Shown here: positions 1-9,528 of the stretch, piece after piece | Layout of the letters: every line of letters begins with the position of its first letter | How positions within the stretch are numbered: the stretch's first letter is position 1 | Assembly (NCBI GenBank): GCA_965198225.1 | Contig: CBDAOY010000009.1 | Coordinates: forward strand, 224,001-288,000 | From: Terriglobia bacterium | Lineage (GTDB): Bacteria; Acidobacteriota; Terriglobia; 20CM-2-55-15 | Reading direction: 5' to 3' | DNA: 64,000 nt | Position numbers and translations under genes: made by a program | The notes under the pieces: generated by a model | Seen by the model: only the letters and a program-made list of their open reading frames with translations | Told to the model about the DNA's origin: nothing | Databases searched by the model: none

Positions 1-534
1 GGAAAGACTGTCGCTTTCTTACGAGGGATCAACGTCGCGGGCCATAGGATGACTGCGATGGCCGACGTCGTCCGAGTATTCGAGTCGCTCGGATTCGCGA
101 ATGTCAGAACGTACATCCAGAGTGGAAACGTTCTGTTCGACACACGGGCCAGGAGCCTCGGACGATTGCGTCTGAAGACCGAACAGGCACTCGGCGACCA
201 ACTGGGTGCGGAGGTCACGGTCCTGCTAAGGACGCTGTCGGAGATCGTGAGAATCGTGGAGCGCGACCCGTTCAAGAAGAACCCGGTGGCCAGTGCCAAG
301 CCGTTCGTGACGTTCATGTCCGCGGCGCCAGCCAGGACTCCGGCACTGCCACTGCGTTCTCCGAAGGGCGATGTCGAAGTCTTTGAGATCGTGGGGACCG
401 AAGCGTTCTCGCTCTCGATCGAAAAGAAAGGTCGTTTCGGATTCCCGAACAACTTCATCGAAACGAAGTTCGGAGTTCCCAGCACGACCCGCAATTGGAA
501 CGCGGTACGCAAGGTGGCGTCTCTGGGATCCTGA
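1..534 (+). CDS. DUF1697 family protein (5' end outside window)
   Basis: Frame open from base 1 (GKTVAFLRGINVAGHR); motifs VRTYIQSGNV and T-RNWN. Confidence 0.85.
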   Translation, partial: GKTVAFLRGINVAGHRMTAMADVVRVFESLGFANVRTYIQSGNVLFDTRARSLGRLRLKTEQALGDQLGAEVTVLLRTLSEIVRIVERDPFKKNPVASAKPFVTFMSAAPARTPALPLRSPKGDVEVFEIVGTEAFSLSIEKKGRFGFPNNFIETKFGVPSTTRNWNAVRKVASLGS

Positions 535-571
535 ATCAGAAGCGACGATCCGGGAATTCGCGAACTCTCGC

Positions 572-1132
572 ATGCACCCTCAGCTACAGACGATCCGCGA
601 TGACTTTGCGGACGCTGACCAGCGACTTCATCACCTACGGGATGAGGTACCCGAGGACCGGTGGCTCGAGCGTGTGAATCCCAGCCGCTGGTCAATCGCG
701 GAGTGCGTGGGCCACCTGAACCTGACAACGAGAAAGTTTGAACCGGTGATCCGCGAGGCATTGGACCGCGCCGGCGCACTGGGCGGCCCGGTGCCCCGCC
801 GTTATCGCCGAAACCTGGTGGGCTGGCTGCTGTGGCGATCCGCGGGCCCGCCGGCAAGACTTCGCGTGAAGACCCCGGCGGCGTTTGTTCCGAGGGACGA
901 CGGCGGGCCGGCGGAATTGATAGCGGAGTTCGACCGGTGGCAGTCCGAACAGCTCGGTTGGGTGGACGCGGCCGATGGCCTGCCCTTGAACCGGTTGCAG
1001 ATCACGTCACCGTTCGACAGCCGCGTACGATATAACTTGTACGCGTGTCTCAGCATCTTGCCGCGACACCAGCATCGCCATCTCTGGCAGGCGGAGCAGG
1101 TGTGGCAAGACCTGAGGACGGGCGGCTTGTAA
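572..1132 (+). CDS. DinB-like family protein
   Basis: WSIAECVGHL near the N-terminus and HQHRHLWQA near the C-terminus; ATG 572. Confidence 0.8.
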   Translation: MHPQLQTIRDDFADADQRLHHLRDEVPEDRWLERVNPSRWSIAECVGHLNLTTRKFEPVIREALDRAGALGGPVPRRYRRNLVGWLLWRSAGPPARLRVKTPAAFVPRDDGGPAELIAEFDRWQSEQLGWVDAADGLPLNRLQITSPFDSRVRYNLYACLSILPRHQHRHLWQAEQVWQDLRTGGL

Positions 1133-1217
1133 CGAGGCTGCCTGTTGACCCTGCAAACCGGGCCGGTCCGAGCTAGGTGTGCCTGAATGATGGCGGGGAG
1201 GAACTCGAGGATCGGGT

Positions 1218-1285
1218 GTAGGTGCGCTCTATGAGCGCACGTGTTACCGGCTCGAAAAGTGTGCGGTCATAGACCGCGCCGACAC
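1218..1285. repeat. GTAG-type REP inverted pair (family A)
   Basis: GTAG-GTGCGCTC-TAT-GAGCGCAC at 1218-1240 and an inverted, slightly degenerate GTGCGGTC variant at 1261-1285. Confidence 0.85.
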
Positions 1286-1339
1286 TTCGTTCGAACACAC
1301 GGCTCTCGAAAAGGCCCACCGTCGAAAGGAGCGTATTCT

Positions 1340-2653
1340 TTGCAAGCACGAGTAGTCTGCATCACGGCTGTTACGATTCTCATTGTTGGTTGCCGAGCGC
1401 CAGACGCGAATATGACATCTTCGGCGACGGACGGGAACGTCGAGGTTTCCGAGTGGCGGGGCTATACCGACGAAGAGATTGAATCTTTCAGCTCCGACCT
1501 CGATCTGGTCAATTGGGACGACGGCGGCGAGATCAGCCGCTTTGCCTTCCTGAATACGTCGTCTTTCTTTCCCACCGCAACGATCGATCGCGGGGTTAGG
1601 GTCGCTCGACTCGATTACTCCCTGGATAGTGAGCTCGCCGCCTATTCTGTGACTCTCGGCGCACGGACCCTGTCGTTCGATGAGTACGTGGACCAGGTGG
1701 CCGTGGATGGCATCGTAATACTTCACCGGGGAAAGGTCACCTACGAGAAGTATCCGCGGATGCGCGCCGACGAGGGTCACCTCCTGTTTTCATTGAGCAA
1801 GATCTACGTATCCACACTCGTCGCGATTCTGGAGGACAAAGGCCTGGTCTCGGTCGAAGAGCCGATCGATAGCTACATACCCGAGCTCGCCTCGAGCGGC
1901 TGGCGTGGTGTCAGGGTCCGCGACATCCTCGACATGGCATCGGGTATCGATTCGCTCGAGTGGATCGACGGGGCCTATACGGATCCGAACCGCAAGCATT
2001 ACCAGTACGAAGCAAGCCTGGGATGGCTTCCGAAGGTCAATTCCCATCCGCAATCCGTACACCAGGGATCGACCTATGCTTTCCTGGCGAAGCTCGCCCG
2101 GCTCACCGGGCCCGGAGAACGGTTCGAATACGTCAGCGTCAATTCCGCAGTTCTCGGCTGGATGGTCGAGAAGCTTGCCGGGAAGAGTTTTGCGGAAGTT
2201 CTTTCCGACGAGATTTGGAGCCGCATCGGTGCCGAGAACGATGGGTTGGTTACGGTGAACGACTCCGGCATTGCCGCGGTCCACGGCGGGATCATCGGGA
2301 ACCTCCGTGACGTCGCCCGGTTCGGACTGTTGTTCACCCCCAGCCGTGTCGCCCTCAGCCCAGAGCAGATCGTCTCCGACGCATACCTTCAGAAGATTCA
2401 GTCCGGGGGACGCCCGGAGTTGATGGCAGATTCCGGCTACGCGAGCCAGAAGCCACCACCACGTTATGTCAGCTACCAGTGGCAGGTATATGAAGACGGG
2501 TCATTCTTCAAGGGAGGTTTCGGCGGTCAGGGTCTCTACGTGGACCCCGGCAAGGATATCGTCCTCGCGTTTGTAGGAACGCATGGATACGGGGAAGAAA
2601 ATCTTCCTCCGCCCCTGGAGGTATGCGTGAAGATGTTCTCCGAGATGTACTGA
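1340..2653 (+). CDS. Serine hydrolase (beta-lactamase class C / NylB-like), probable lipoprotein
   Basis: SLSK (SxxK), YVSVN and LLDM-like ILDMASG motifs; lipobox IVGC; AAAGGAG before TTG 1340. Confidence 0.85.
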   Translation: MQARVVCITAVTILIVGCRAPDANMTSSATDGNVEVSEWRGYTDEEIESFSSDLDLVNWDDGGEISRFAFLNTSSFFPTATIDRGVRVARLDYSLDSELAAYSVTLGARTLSFDEYVDQVAVDGIVILHRGKVTYEKYPRMRADEGHLLFSLSKIYVSTLVAILEDKGLVSVEEPIDSYIPELASSGWRGVRVRDILDMASGIDSLEWIDGAYTDPNRKHYQYEASLGWLPKVNSHPQSVHQGSTYAFLAKLARLTGPGERFEYVSVNSAVLGWMVEKLAGKSFAEVLSDEIWSRIGAENDGLVTVNDSGIAAVHGGIIGNLRDVARFGLLFTPSRVALSPEQIVSDAYLQKIQSGGRPELMADSGYASQKPPPRYVSYQWQVYEDGSFFKGGFGGQGLYVDPGKDIVLAFVGTHGYGEENLPPPLEVCVKMFSEMY

Positions 2654-2684
2654 AACCCGAACGAGTGGCCAGGAGCGCGTAGAG

Positions 2685-3095
2685 ATGGCAGAACTGAAGA
2701 CAAAACAAACCAACCAGAGTGTGACGAAGTTCCTGAACGCGATCGACGACAAGAAAAGACGTCAGGATTGCCGGGTCGTCCTGAAGATCATGAAACAGGC
2801 CACTAAGGCGCCACCCAGGATGTGGGGCAAGAATATAGTCGGATTCGGCAACGATCACTACAAGTACGCAAGCGGTCGTGAGGGGGACTGGTTCGTGGCG
2901 GGATTCTCGCCGCGCAAACAGGATTTGACGCTTTATTTGACGCCCGAATTCGAAGGTCGGGAAGCACTCCTCGGTAAGCTCGGCAAGCACAAGACCGGCA
3001 AGTCGTGCCTGTACATCAAGAACCTGGACGATGTCGACCTGGAAGTACTCGAAAAACTTGTCACACAGTCGGTCCGACAGACCCGATCCTCATAG
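2685..3095 (+). CDS. DUF1801 (YdhG-like) protein
   Basis: MWGxxIVGFG, GFSPRK and LGKHKTGKSCLYIK motifs. Confidence 0.9.
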   Translation: MAELKTKQTNQSVTKFLNAIDDKKRRQDCRVVLKIMKQATKAPPRMWGKNIVGFGNDHYKYASGREGDWFVAGFSPRKQDLTLYLTPEFEGREALLGKLGKHKTGKSCLYIKNLDDVDLEVLEKLVTQSVRQTRSS

Positions 3096-3143
3096 TCCGC
3101 AGTTACGACCGCAAACAATCCCCCGAGAAGAGGAACAACGAAG

Positions 3144-3713
3144 ATGAACGAACTGGGCGCAAACTACGGACCGCTGGCCGGCTTGATTGGGACTTGGGAA
3201 GGCGACAAAGGTATGGACGTCGCACCGGAGCCGGAGGGCGCCGAGGAAAGCCCCTACTACGAGACCATCGTGTTTGAGGGTGTCGGGGACATTGAGAACG
3301 CGGAGTCGCAGGAGCTCACTGCCGTTCACTATCGGCAGAAGGTGCGCCGCAAGTCGAACGACGAGGTCTTTCACCATGAAACGGGATACTGGATGTGGGA
3401 CGCGAAGGCCGGGATCGTGATGCATTCGCTGGTCATTCCTCGCGGCGTGGGAGTGATTGCCGGCGGCACGTGGGATGAGTCCCGTCGGGCCGAGAACCGG
3501 GTCACCCTCGAAGTCGCTGCGAAGCACGACGACCCCGACTGGACCATCATCCAGTCACCGTTCATGAGGGAGAACGCACGAACTCTCGAATTCCGCCACA
3601 CCATCACGGTCGGCGGCGGAAGTTTCGCCTATTCGGAGACCACGATCGTGGAGATATACGGGAGGGTCTTTGAGCACACCGACCAGAACCAACTGACGTT
3701 ACGAGAGGGCTAA
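3144..3713 (+). CDS. Nitrobindin/FABP-like heme-binding beta-barrel (DUF1794)
   Basis: GPLAGLIGTWEG, FHHETGYW and C-terminal FEHTDQNQL. Confidence 0.85.
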   Translation: MNELGANYGPLAGLIGTWEGDKGMDVAPEPEGAEESPYYETIVFEGVGDIENAESQELTAVHYRQKVRRKSNDEVFHHETGYWMWDAKAGIVMHSLVIPRGVGVIAGGTWDESRRAENRVTLEVAAKHDDPDWTIIQSPFMRENARTLEFRHTITVGGGSFAYSETTIVEIYGRVFEHTDQNQLTLREG

Positions 3714-3753
3714 TTTGGCTAAGACTGGATAGAGAAAGCTGTCAGTTGGGATT

Positions 3754-3820
3754 AACCACGGAGGCGCGAAGGCACGGAGGGTTACCTTGTTCTTCTTCGT
3801 GCCTCTGTGCCTCCGTGGTT
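3754..3820. repeat. Intergenic inverted repeat AACCACGGAGGC...GCCTCCGTGGTT
   Basis: About 25-bp imperfect arms flanking a short spacer. Confidence 0.75.
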
Positions 3821-3862
3821 CAAAAGATGTCTCCGTCTATGGCCTCCGGCGCCAGACGACTT

Positions 3863-4273
3863 ATGTACTGTCCAAATCCCGAGTGCCCCGACACCCAGGC
3901 CACCGGGTTTCGAGCGGAATACAGAAGCGACCTGACCCTGTGTCCCTTCTGCGGCGACGGCCTGGTCTCCACGCTGGAGGCCGTAGACCCACCCCAAGGC
4001 AATCGATCGGATGTGGCGGACGACGAGGAGTTTGAAGTCGTTTTTGAAACGGGGAACGCCACGGAAGTCGCCATCATAAAGTCTCTGCTGGAAGCAGAGG
4101 CAATACCCTATCTGACACGCGGCGAAGACCAGTTCGACGCGTTCCGCGGCCTGTTCCGCAGCACGATGTTCAACCCGAGCGGCCGACCGGTCGTTTTCTC
4201 GGTCCCCGCGAGAATGGCACCAGAAGCCAGACAGCTCCTCGAGGAAACAGAGCTGCCCGACGAAGACGCCTGA
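3863..4273 (+). CDS. Zn-ribbon + DUF2007 domain protein
   Basis: MYCPNPECPD...CPFCG followed by IIKSLLEAEAIPY. Confidence 0.75.
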   Translation: MYCPNPECPDTQATGFRAEYRSDLTLCPFCGDGLVSTLEAVDPPQGNRSDVADDEEFEVVFETGNATEVAIIKSLLEAEAIPYLTRGEDQFDAFRGLFRSTMFNPSGRPVVFSVPARMAPEARQLLEETELPDEDA

Positions 4274-4378
4274 TGGTCGAGGCGGATCGGGGGAGCCTCG
4301 TGATAGTCTTGCTGGGCCGGTTGCGGGAAGCCCTTCCGGGCCCTCGTGCCGGCTGGCACCCCAACCAGGAACGATGAT

Positions 4379-5176
4379 TTGGTCGACGATCTCGAACATC
4401 ACGAAGAAAGCTACTCGGCAAAGCAGTCCGGCATCGCCTTGACAGTGGAACAGGCGGCGTTCGGTTCCGAGTCCGGACGTAACGGCTACACCTCTCTCGA
4501 ACAGGCCCAGGCCCTTCTCGACTGTGTCAGTCTGGACGCCGAGGCCTGTCTACTGGACCTCGGAGCCGGGCGGGGATGGCCCGGCACACACATCGCCGAA
4601 ACCAGCGGATGCCGGCTCGTTTCGACGGACATACCGATGGATGCGCTGCGGGCAGCCAAGCGAAAGAGTCTCTCGAGCGACACCCACGTGTGTCGTGAAG
4701 TCGTCGCGGCTGAAGCCCTGGCCCTGCCGTTTTGTGCGGGTTCTTTCGATGCTATCGTACACGCGGATGTATTCTGTTGAATCTCAGACAAGCTCTCCGG
4801 GTGGAGAGAAAGCCATCGGGTCCTGAAACAGGATGGCCGAATAGCGGGCTATACCATTCACACACCCGTTGGACTGAGCCCGGCCGAGGAGCGAAGGGCT
4901 TCGGAGCTGGGGCCGACGCAGGTCAACGGACCAGGTTCGCCCGAAGAACTCGCCCGCACAGCGGGCTTCTCCATTTTGGCTCTGGATGATGTCACGGATA
5001 CTTTTCGGGTCTCGTGTGAATCTCTGCTGCGGGCAAGGGAAGAGCTCGAGGAACAACTTCGGGACGAAGAAGGCGACGCGCCCTACGAAGAGGGGCTGGC
5101 GAACCGGAGAGGGCTGCTGCTCGGGATTTCCGAGGGCCTCCTTTGTCGCTCTTTGATCGTGGCGGTCAAAGTCTGA
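4379..5176 (+). CDS. Class I SAM-dependent methyltransferase with in-frame TGA (probable selenocysteine, CU motif)
   Basis: Motif I LLDLGAGRG; LPFCAGSFDAIVHADVFC-TGA(4778-4780)-ISDKLSGWRESHRVLKQDGR continues in frame to TGA 5176; SECIS-like hairpin follows. Confidence 0.8.
4781..4826 (+). promoter_or_regulatory. Putative bacterial SECIS element
   Basis: Stem CTCTCC(4793-98)/GGAGAG(4803-08) with GGGT loop 18 nt after UGA; possible lower stem TCAGAC/GTCCTGA. Confidence 0.7.
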
Positions 5177-5232
5177 AGACTGACCGGCTGCGGGCTGCTC
5201 GCGTCAGGCCGCGCCCCGGACAAGGAGTTGAG

Positions 5233-5886
5233 ATGATGAACAACGTTGCCAACACCTGGATCAAGCGCGCCGTCCTTATTTTCGCGCTTGTCGGGTTCAC
5301 CCTGTCGTCGGCCGGTGCGCAGACATCAGAGGAAGCTGCCCGGTTGTTTGACGCCCTCGGGCTGGAGCCGGGAATGACCGTGGGTGAGGTCGGCGCCGGC
5401 AGGGGAGAGATGACCATCGAAATGGCGAACCGGCTCGGTCCGGAAGGTCACGTCTACACGAACGAACTCGATGCAGCGCGGTTGGAAGACATTCGCAATA
5501 CCCTCAGACGGGACCGGATCGGGAACGTTACAGTTATCGAATCCGGTGAGAACTCGACGAACCTCCCTGAAGGTTGCTGCGATGCCATCTTCATGCGCGA
5601 TGTCTACCACCACCTCACAAGTCCCGCCGAGATCAACCAAAGCATCGTTGCCGCCCTCAAGCCCGGCGGGCGGTTTGCCGTCATTGACTTCGAGCCTCGG
5701 GCCGGCATGAGGCCTGTCGAGGGGGTGCCGGCGAATCGCGGGGGGCACGGAGTCCGTCCGGACCTGATCGTCGAAGAGCTAAGAGCGGCCGGCATGACGG
5801 TGACCCAGCCGAGCGCGGATTGGGTTGCTCGCGCCAGGGGCAACACCCGGATGTTTGTTGTGGTGTTCACGAAGCCGGTGGGATAG
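5233..5886 (+). CDS. Class I SAM-dependent methyltransferase with N-terminal signal peptide
   Basis: [18 protein letters not shown] and ALKPGGR; hydrophobic N-terminus ending AGA-Q; AAGGAG RBS. Confidence 0.85.
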   Translation: MMNNVANTWIKRAVLIFALVGFTLSSAGAQTSEEAARLFDALGLEPGMTVGEVGAGRGEMTIEMANRLGPEGHVYTNELDAARLEDIRNTLRRDRIGNVTVIESGENSTNLPEGCCDAIFMRDVYHHLTSPAEINQSIVAALKPGGRFAVIDFEPRAGMRPVEGVPANRGGHGVRPDLIVEELRAAGMTVTQPSADWVARARGNTRMFVVVFTKPVG

Positions 5887-5944
5887 CGTTGAGGGCAAAT
5901 ACGGACGCGAATCCTGTGCAGGAAGATTGAAAGGTGTCGATCCT

Positions 5945-6190
5945 ATGAAAGCAGCGAAAACAGGTCGCAACGAACCTTGCCCATGCGGTAGCGGCCAGAA
6001 ATACAAGCAGTGCTGCGCTAGAAAAACCGACGCGAAATCGGAGTTCATGGGCAAGTGGATCGCCGTGGCCCTCGGCGGGCTAATCCTCATCGCGGCGCTC
6101 GGTTTCGCCGCTTCCCTGTCGGAACGTGACTCGAGCAGGCCCCGCCAGGTGTGGTCTGCCGAGCACGGGCACTACCACGACGTGCCCTGA
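5945..6190 (+). CDS. SEC-C motif membrane protein
   Basis: [18 protein letters not shown], one TM helix, C-terminal [10 protein letters not shown]. Confidence 0.85.
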   Translation: MKAAKTGRNEPCPCGSGQKYKQCCARKTDAKSEFMGKWIAVALGGLILIAALGFAASLSERDSSRPRQVWSAEHGHYHDVP

Positions 6191-6304
6191 TCGCGCGCTT
6201 CGAATTCCCGCAGCCTCAGCCGGTTTGCGCGGCACCGCGTCTCGTTCGGTGTCAGCATCCGCCTTCGTCGGGTAAAGGGCTCGCGTTTGCCGACAGGGAG
6301 TGCG

Positions 6305-7333
6305 ATGGAAATCGGCAAGCAGTTTCATGGTCAACTGGGCAGGTCCCTCAACGACGAAGTCTGGGCGCTTCTAGGGAAAAGTGACCGGAGCAAAGACGAC
6401 AATCGGCGGATGGTCCACACCGCCCACGCCTCTCACTACCACTGGCTTCAGGCGGGCACCCCGGTGAACGAACAGCGGGGGGAATGGCTCATTTCTCACG
6501 TGTATGCAGAGCTCGGGCTCGCCAACGCCGCGTTGCGTCACGCACAGCGATGCGCAGAGCTCACTGAAACAAACCGGGACCAGCTGGAAGACTTCGATCT
6601 CGCCTATTCGGCTGAAGCGCTGGCGCGCGCTCACGCCATCGCCGGTCACCGGGACGAGGCCCAGGCGCTCAGAGAAAGGGCGCGGGAACTAGGCGATCAG
6701 ATCAATGGACCGGAAGACAAGAAGATCTTCGATGGGGACCTTGCCGCCGGAAACTGGGCAGGCGTGGACGGGCGGCAGGGGAGTGACGAGCGGGGATTCG
6801 GCCCGACCATGATTCGCGAGTGCCGACCCGAAGAGATCGCTTCCATCCTCGAAGTGATCAACGATGCCGCTGCAGCCTACCAGGGAGTGATTCCTGCGGA
6901 TCGTTGGAAGCAACCGTACATGCCCGAGGACGAACTGCGCGACGAGATGGTCGGCGGCGTCGTGTTCTGGGGTTACTACGGCGACGGACAGCTGGCCGGC
7001 GTCATGGGAATCCAGGACGTCGGGGACGTCACCCTCATCCGGCATGCATACGTCCGAACCGAACGCCGGCAAACAGGAATCGGGGGCCGCCTGCTCGAGA
7101 GACTCAAAGAAAAAAGTACGCTCCCGTACCTAGTCGGAACCTGGGCCGCCGCGACCTGGGCGATCGACTTCTACGAGAAACACGGATTCCGACGGCTGTC
7201 TCCCGAAGAGACTGTAAGAGTCCTGAACAAGTACTGGAGTATCCCTGATCGTCAGATCGAGACGTCGGTGGTGCTGGCGGACGAGAGATGGCCGCAACCG
7301 TCTGTTCCGGCATCGGGGAGCGAAGGGACTTGA
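6305..7333 (+). CDS. Helical hypothetical domain fused in frame to a GNAT acetyltransferase (GNAT ATG at 6809)
   Basis: N-part AHASHYHW...RGEWLISHVY; C-part IRHAYVR..RQTGIGGRLL and AIDFYEKHGF. Confidence 0.7.
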   Translation: MEIGKQFHGQLGRSLNDEVWALLGKSDRSKDDNRRMVHTAHASHYHWLQAGTPVNEQRGEWLISHVYAELGLANAALRHAQRCAELTETNRDQLEDFDLAYSAEALARAHAIAGHRDEAQALRERARELGDQINGPEDKKIFDGDLAAGNWAGVDGRQGSDERGFGPTMIRECRPEEIASILEVINDAAAAYQGVIPADRWKQPYMPEDELRDEMVGGVVFWGYYGDGQLAGVMGIQDVGDVTLIRHAYVRTERRQTGIGGRLLERLKEKSTLPYLVGTWAAATWAIDFYEKHGFRRLSPEETVRVLNKYWSIPDRQIETSVVLADERWPQPSVPASGSEGT

Positions 7334-7387
7334 CCTGAACGGGCATTGAGGTGTTTCCGCCGAGGCACCCCGAAAAGGAGACTGGGA

Positions 7388-8905
7388 ATGATTCACGGTA
7401 AAACAAGAACCGCGGTGGGCTGGTTGATTCTCCTGTTGCTTCCGGTCGCCTGCCGGAACTCCGGCAGTGGTGAGGCCGAAGCGGTGCGCTTATCGCCGCT
7501 CGAGACCATGCTCGCGCGCGCCGAGGCGCTCGAGCTCGACACGGATTACGTCCCACCGCCGGGTGACGCGCTCGAGCACCATACCTCAGGGTTCGCAAAG
7601 ATCCTGTGTTCGGCCGTGTTCATCACGGGGCTGGATCCGGATTTTGCAGCGGAAAATGTCGGCTATTTTTCCAGCCCCTACGAAGAGCGCTCAAAGGTCA
7701 GCGAACGGGTGGTCGATCGCGAAAACAAGGCCGTCCACCTGACGCTGCCGAACGGCGTCACGCGTACCGCGAAGTACCTTGGCGACCAGGGATGTGTGAC
7801 CCTGCCGAAAGGAGAGGACGCGGTCCATTACGAGCCGGTCGAGATCGAAAGCACGCTTCCGGACCCGGCAAACCAACGCTGGCCCATGGGAGACGTTCTA
7901 GTCGATGATCCGATGCTGCCTCACGAACTCGACGTCGAGAAAGTCGCTGAGGCAGTCGATGCTGCTTTCGAACCGGCCGAAGGCATGACAGCAGCCTTCG
8001 TCGTGACGTGGAAGGGGCGGATCATCGGCGAACGCTACGGCGAGGGGATCACCATGCACACGCCCCTGGAGGGCTGGTCGATGGGAAAGAGTCTGACGGC
8101 CACTCTAATGGGTGTCCTCATCCAGCGGGAAGTCTACGATCTCTACCAGCCCGCACCCGTCCCCGAGTGGCAGGATGAAGGCGATCCACGTGCCGAGATC
8201 CGAATCGCGGACATCATGCACATGTCCAGCGGTCTGCGCTTCCGCGCGCCTCAAGATCCGGACTTCGATCCCGCGGCAGGCTATCCGGACCATCTCTATG
8301 TCTACACGGGCAGCGTGAATTCATTCGAGTGGGCGGCCACGCGTCCGCAGCAGTGGCCGCCGAACAGTGTAGGACGCTACCGCAATTCCGATCCGGTACT
8401 CACGAACTACCTCATCCGTCTCGGCGTCGAGAGCCAGGGCGAGGAGTACCTCTCGTTTCCGCAGCGCGCTCTCTTCGACAAGATCGGAATCCGCAACATG
8501 GTTCTAGAGACCGACCCTTACGGCAACTTCCTGCTCCAGGGCTACGAACTGGGATCGGCGCGTGACTGGGCGAGACTGGGCAACCTCTACCTCCAGGACG
8601 GCGTGTGGAATGGGGAGCGGATCCTGCCGGCAGGTTATGCTGAGTTCGTGAGCACTTTGGCGCCCGCGTGGGAAGCCGACGGGCGGCCGGAGTACGGAGC
8701 GTTTTTCTGGATCAACGGAACCGACGCGTACCCGATCCCCCGAGATTCGTATTACATGGCCGGGGCCGGAAACCAGAAGACCATCATCATTCCGTCGCAC
8801 GCCCTCGTTGTGGTCCGGCTTGGACACTACAAGGGCGGCGGTCCCGGCGACGATGGACTGACCGACGCGCTCGCTCTGTTGATGGAAGCCGTACCGGCAC
8901 GCTGA
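7388..8905 (+). CDS. Serine hydrolase (beta-lactamase family) lipoprotein
   Basis: WSMGKS, YRNSD and ARDWARLG; lipobox LPVAC; AAGGAG RBS. Confidence 0.9.
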   Translation: MIHGKTRTAVGWLILLLLPVACRNSGSGEAEAVRLSPLETMLARAEALELDTDYVPPPGDALEHHTSGFAKILCSAVFITGLDPDFAAENVGYFSSPYEERSKVSERVVDRENKAVHLTLPNGVTRTAKYLGDQGCVTLPKGEDAVHYEPVEIESTLPDPANQRWPMGDVLVDDPMLPHELDVEKVAEAVDAAFEPAEGMTAAFVVTWKGRIIGERYGEGITMHTPLEGWSMGKSLTATLMGVLIQREVYDLYQPAPVPEWQDEGDPRAEIRIADIMHMSSGLRFRAPQDPDFDPAAGYPDHLYVYTGSVNSFEWAATRPQQWPPNSVGRYRNSDPVLTNYLIRLGVESQGEEYLSFPQRALFDKIGIRNMVLETDPYGNFLLQGYELGSARDWARLGNLYLQDGVWNGERILPAGYAEFVSTLAPAWEADGRPEYGAFFWINGTDAYPIPRDSYYMAGAGNQKTIIIPSHALVVVRLGHYKGGGPGDDGLTDALALLMEAVPAR

Positions 8906-8912
8906 TGGCGTG

Positions 8913-9434
8913 ATGACCTCATCGGGCAAACTGCGGGAGAAATGGCCATGGAACGAGGAGTATCTCCGCATCTTTGTCGCCGTACCCGGTGTGATCGGAG
9001 TAGCGGCTGCCCTGGTGCTCTACCCTGTGGCCGGTTTCCATTCGCTCTGGTTTCTGCTCGCAATTCCGTTCGGGCTGCTGTTCCGACTGACATTCGGTAT
9101 TGCCGGAGCCAGGGTGGCAGCTCTGAAGGAGTCGGTTTCACCTCGCGACGGCGAGATCGCCGAGGGGTTGCTCGTCACCGGCAACGTACAATCGCCGGGT
9201 CTGGCCGTGCTGGGATCATCGGATCTCACACTCGTTCCGATCGTCGGGGAGCGGCGCACGATCCCGTTGAGCGAGCTCCGGGTCCTCCGCCAGGGTCGCT
9301 GTCTGCCGGGCAAGTACGTGTGGGGAAAGCTGGCCTTCATTCTCAGCAAGCACGACGGGAAGCGCATCGCGTTTGCCATACCGGAATCTGTCGGCCGACG
9401 GTGGTCGGCCCGTCTCGATGGAGCAGCAGGATAA
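8913..9434 (+). CDS. Hypothetical membrane protein
   Basis: Two N-terminal hydrophobic segments; fits the + strand array. Confidence 0.55.
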   Translation: MTSSGKLREKWPWNEEYLRIFVAVPGVIGVAAALVLYPVAGFHSLWFLLAIPFGLLFRLTFGIAGARVAALKESVSPRDGEIAEGLLVTGNVQSPGLAVLGSSDLTLVPIVGERRTIPLSELRVLRQGRCLPGKYVWGKLAFILSKHDGKRIAFAIPESVGRRWSARLDGAAG

Positions 9435-9528
9435 GGAACCGGATCGTGAAGAATTCAAGACCTGAAACACCCGGGCGAAGCGGCCGAGCGTTGCTGCTTC
9501 CGAACTAATCGAAAGAGGCCGGTTGAGG

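Noticed and set aside
4778-4780. Genome-wide TGA reassignment (Trp/Gly)
   Set aside because: TGA correctly terminates core genes such as tsaD, murA, cysK and hisB
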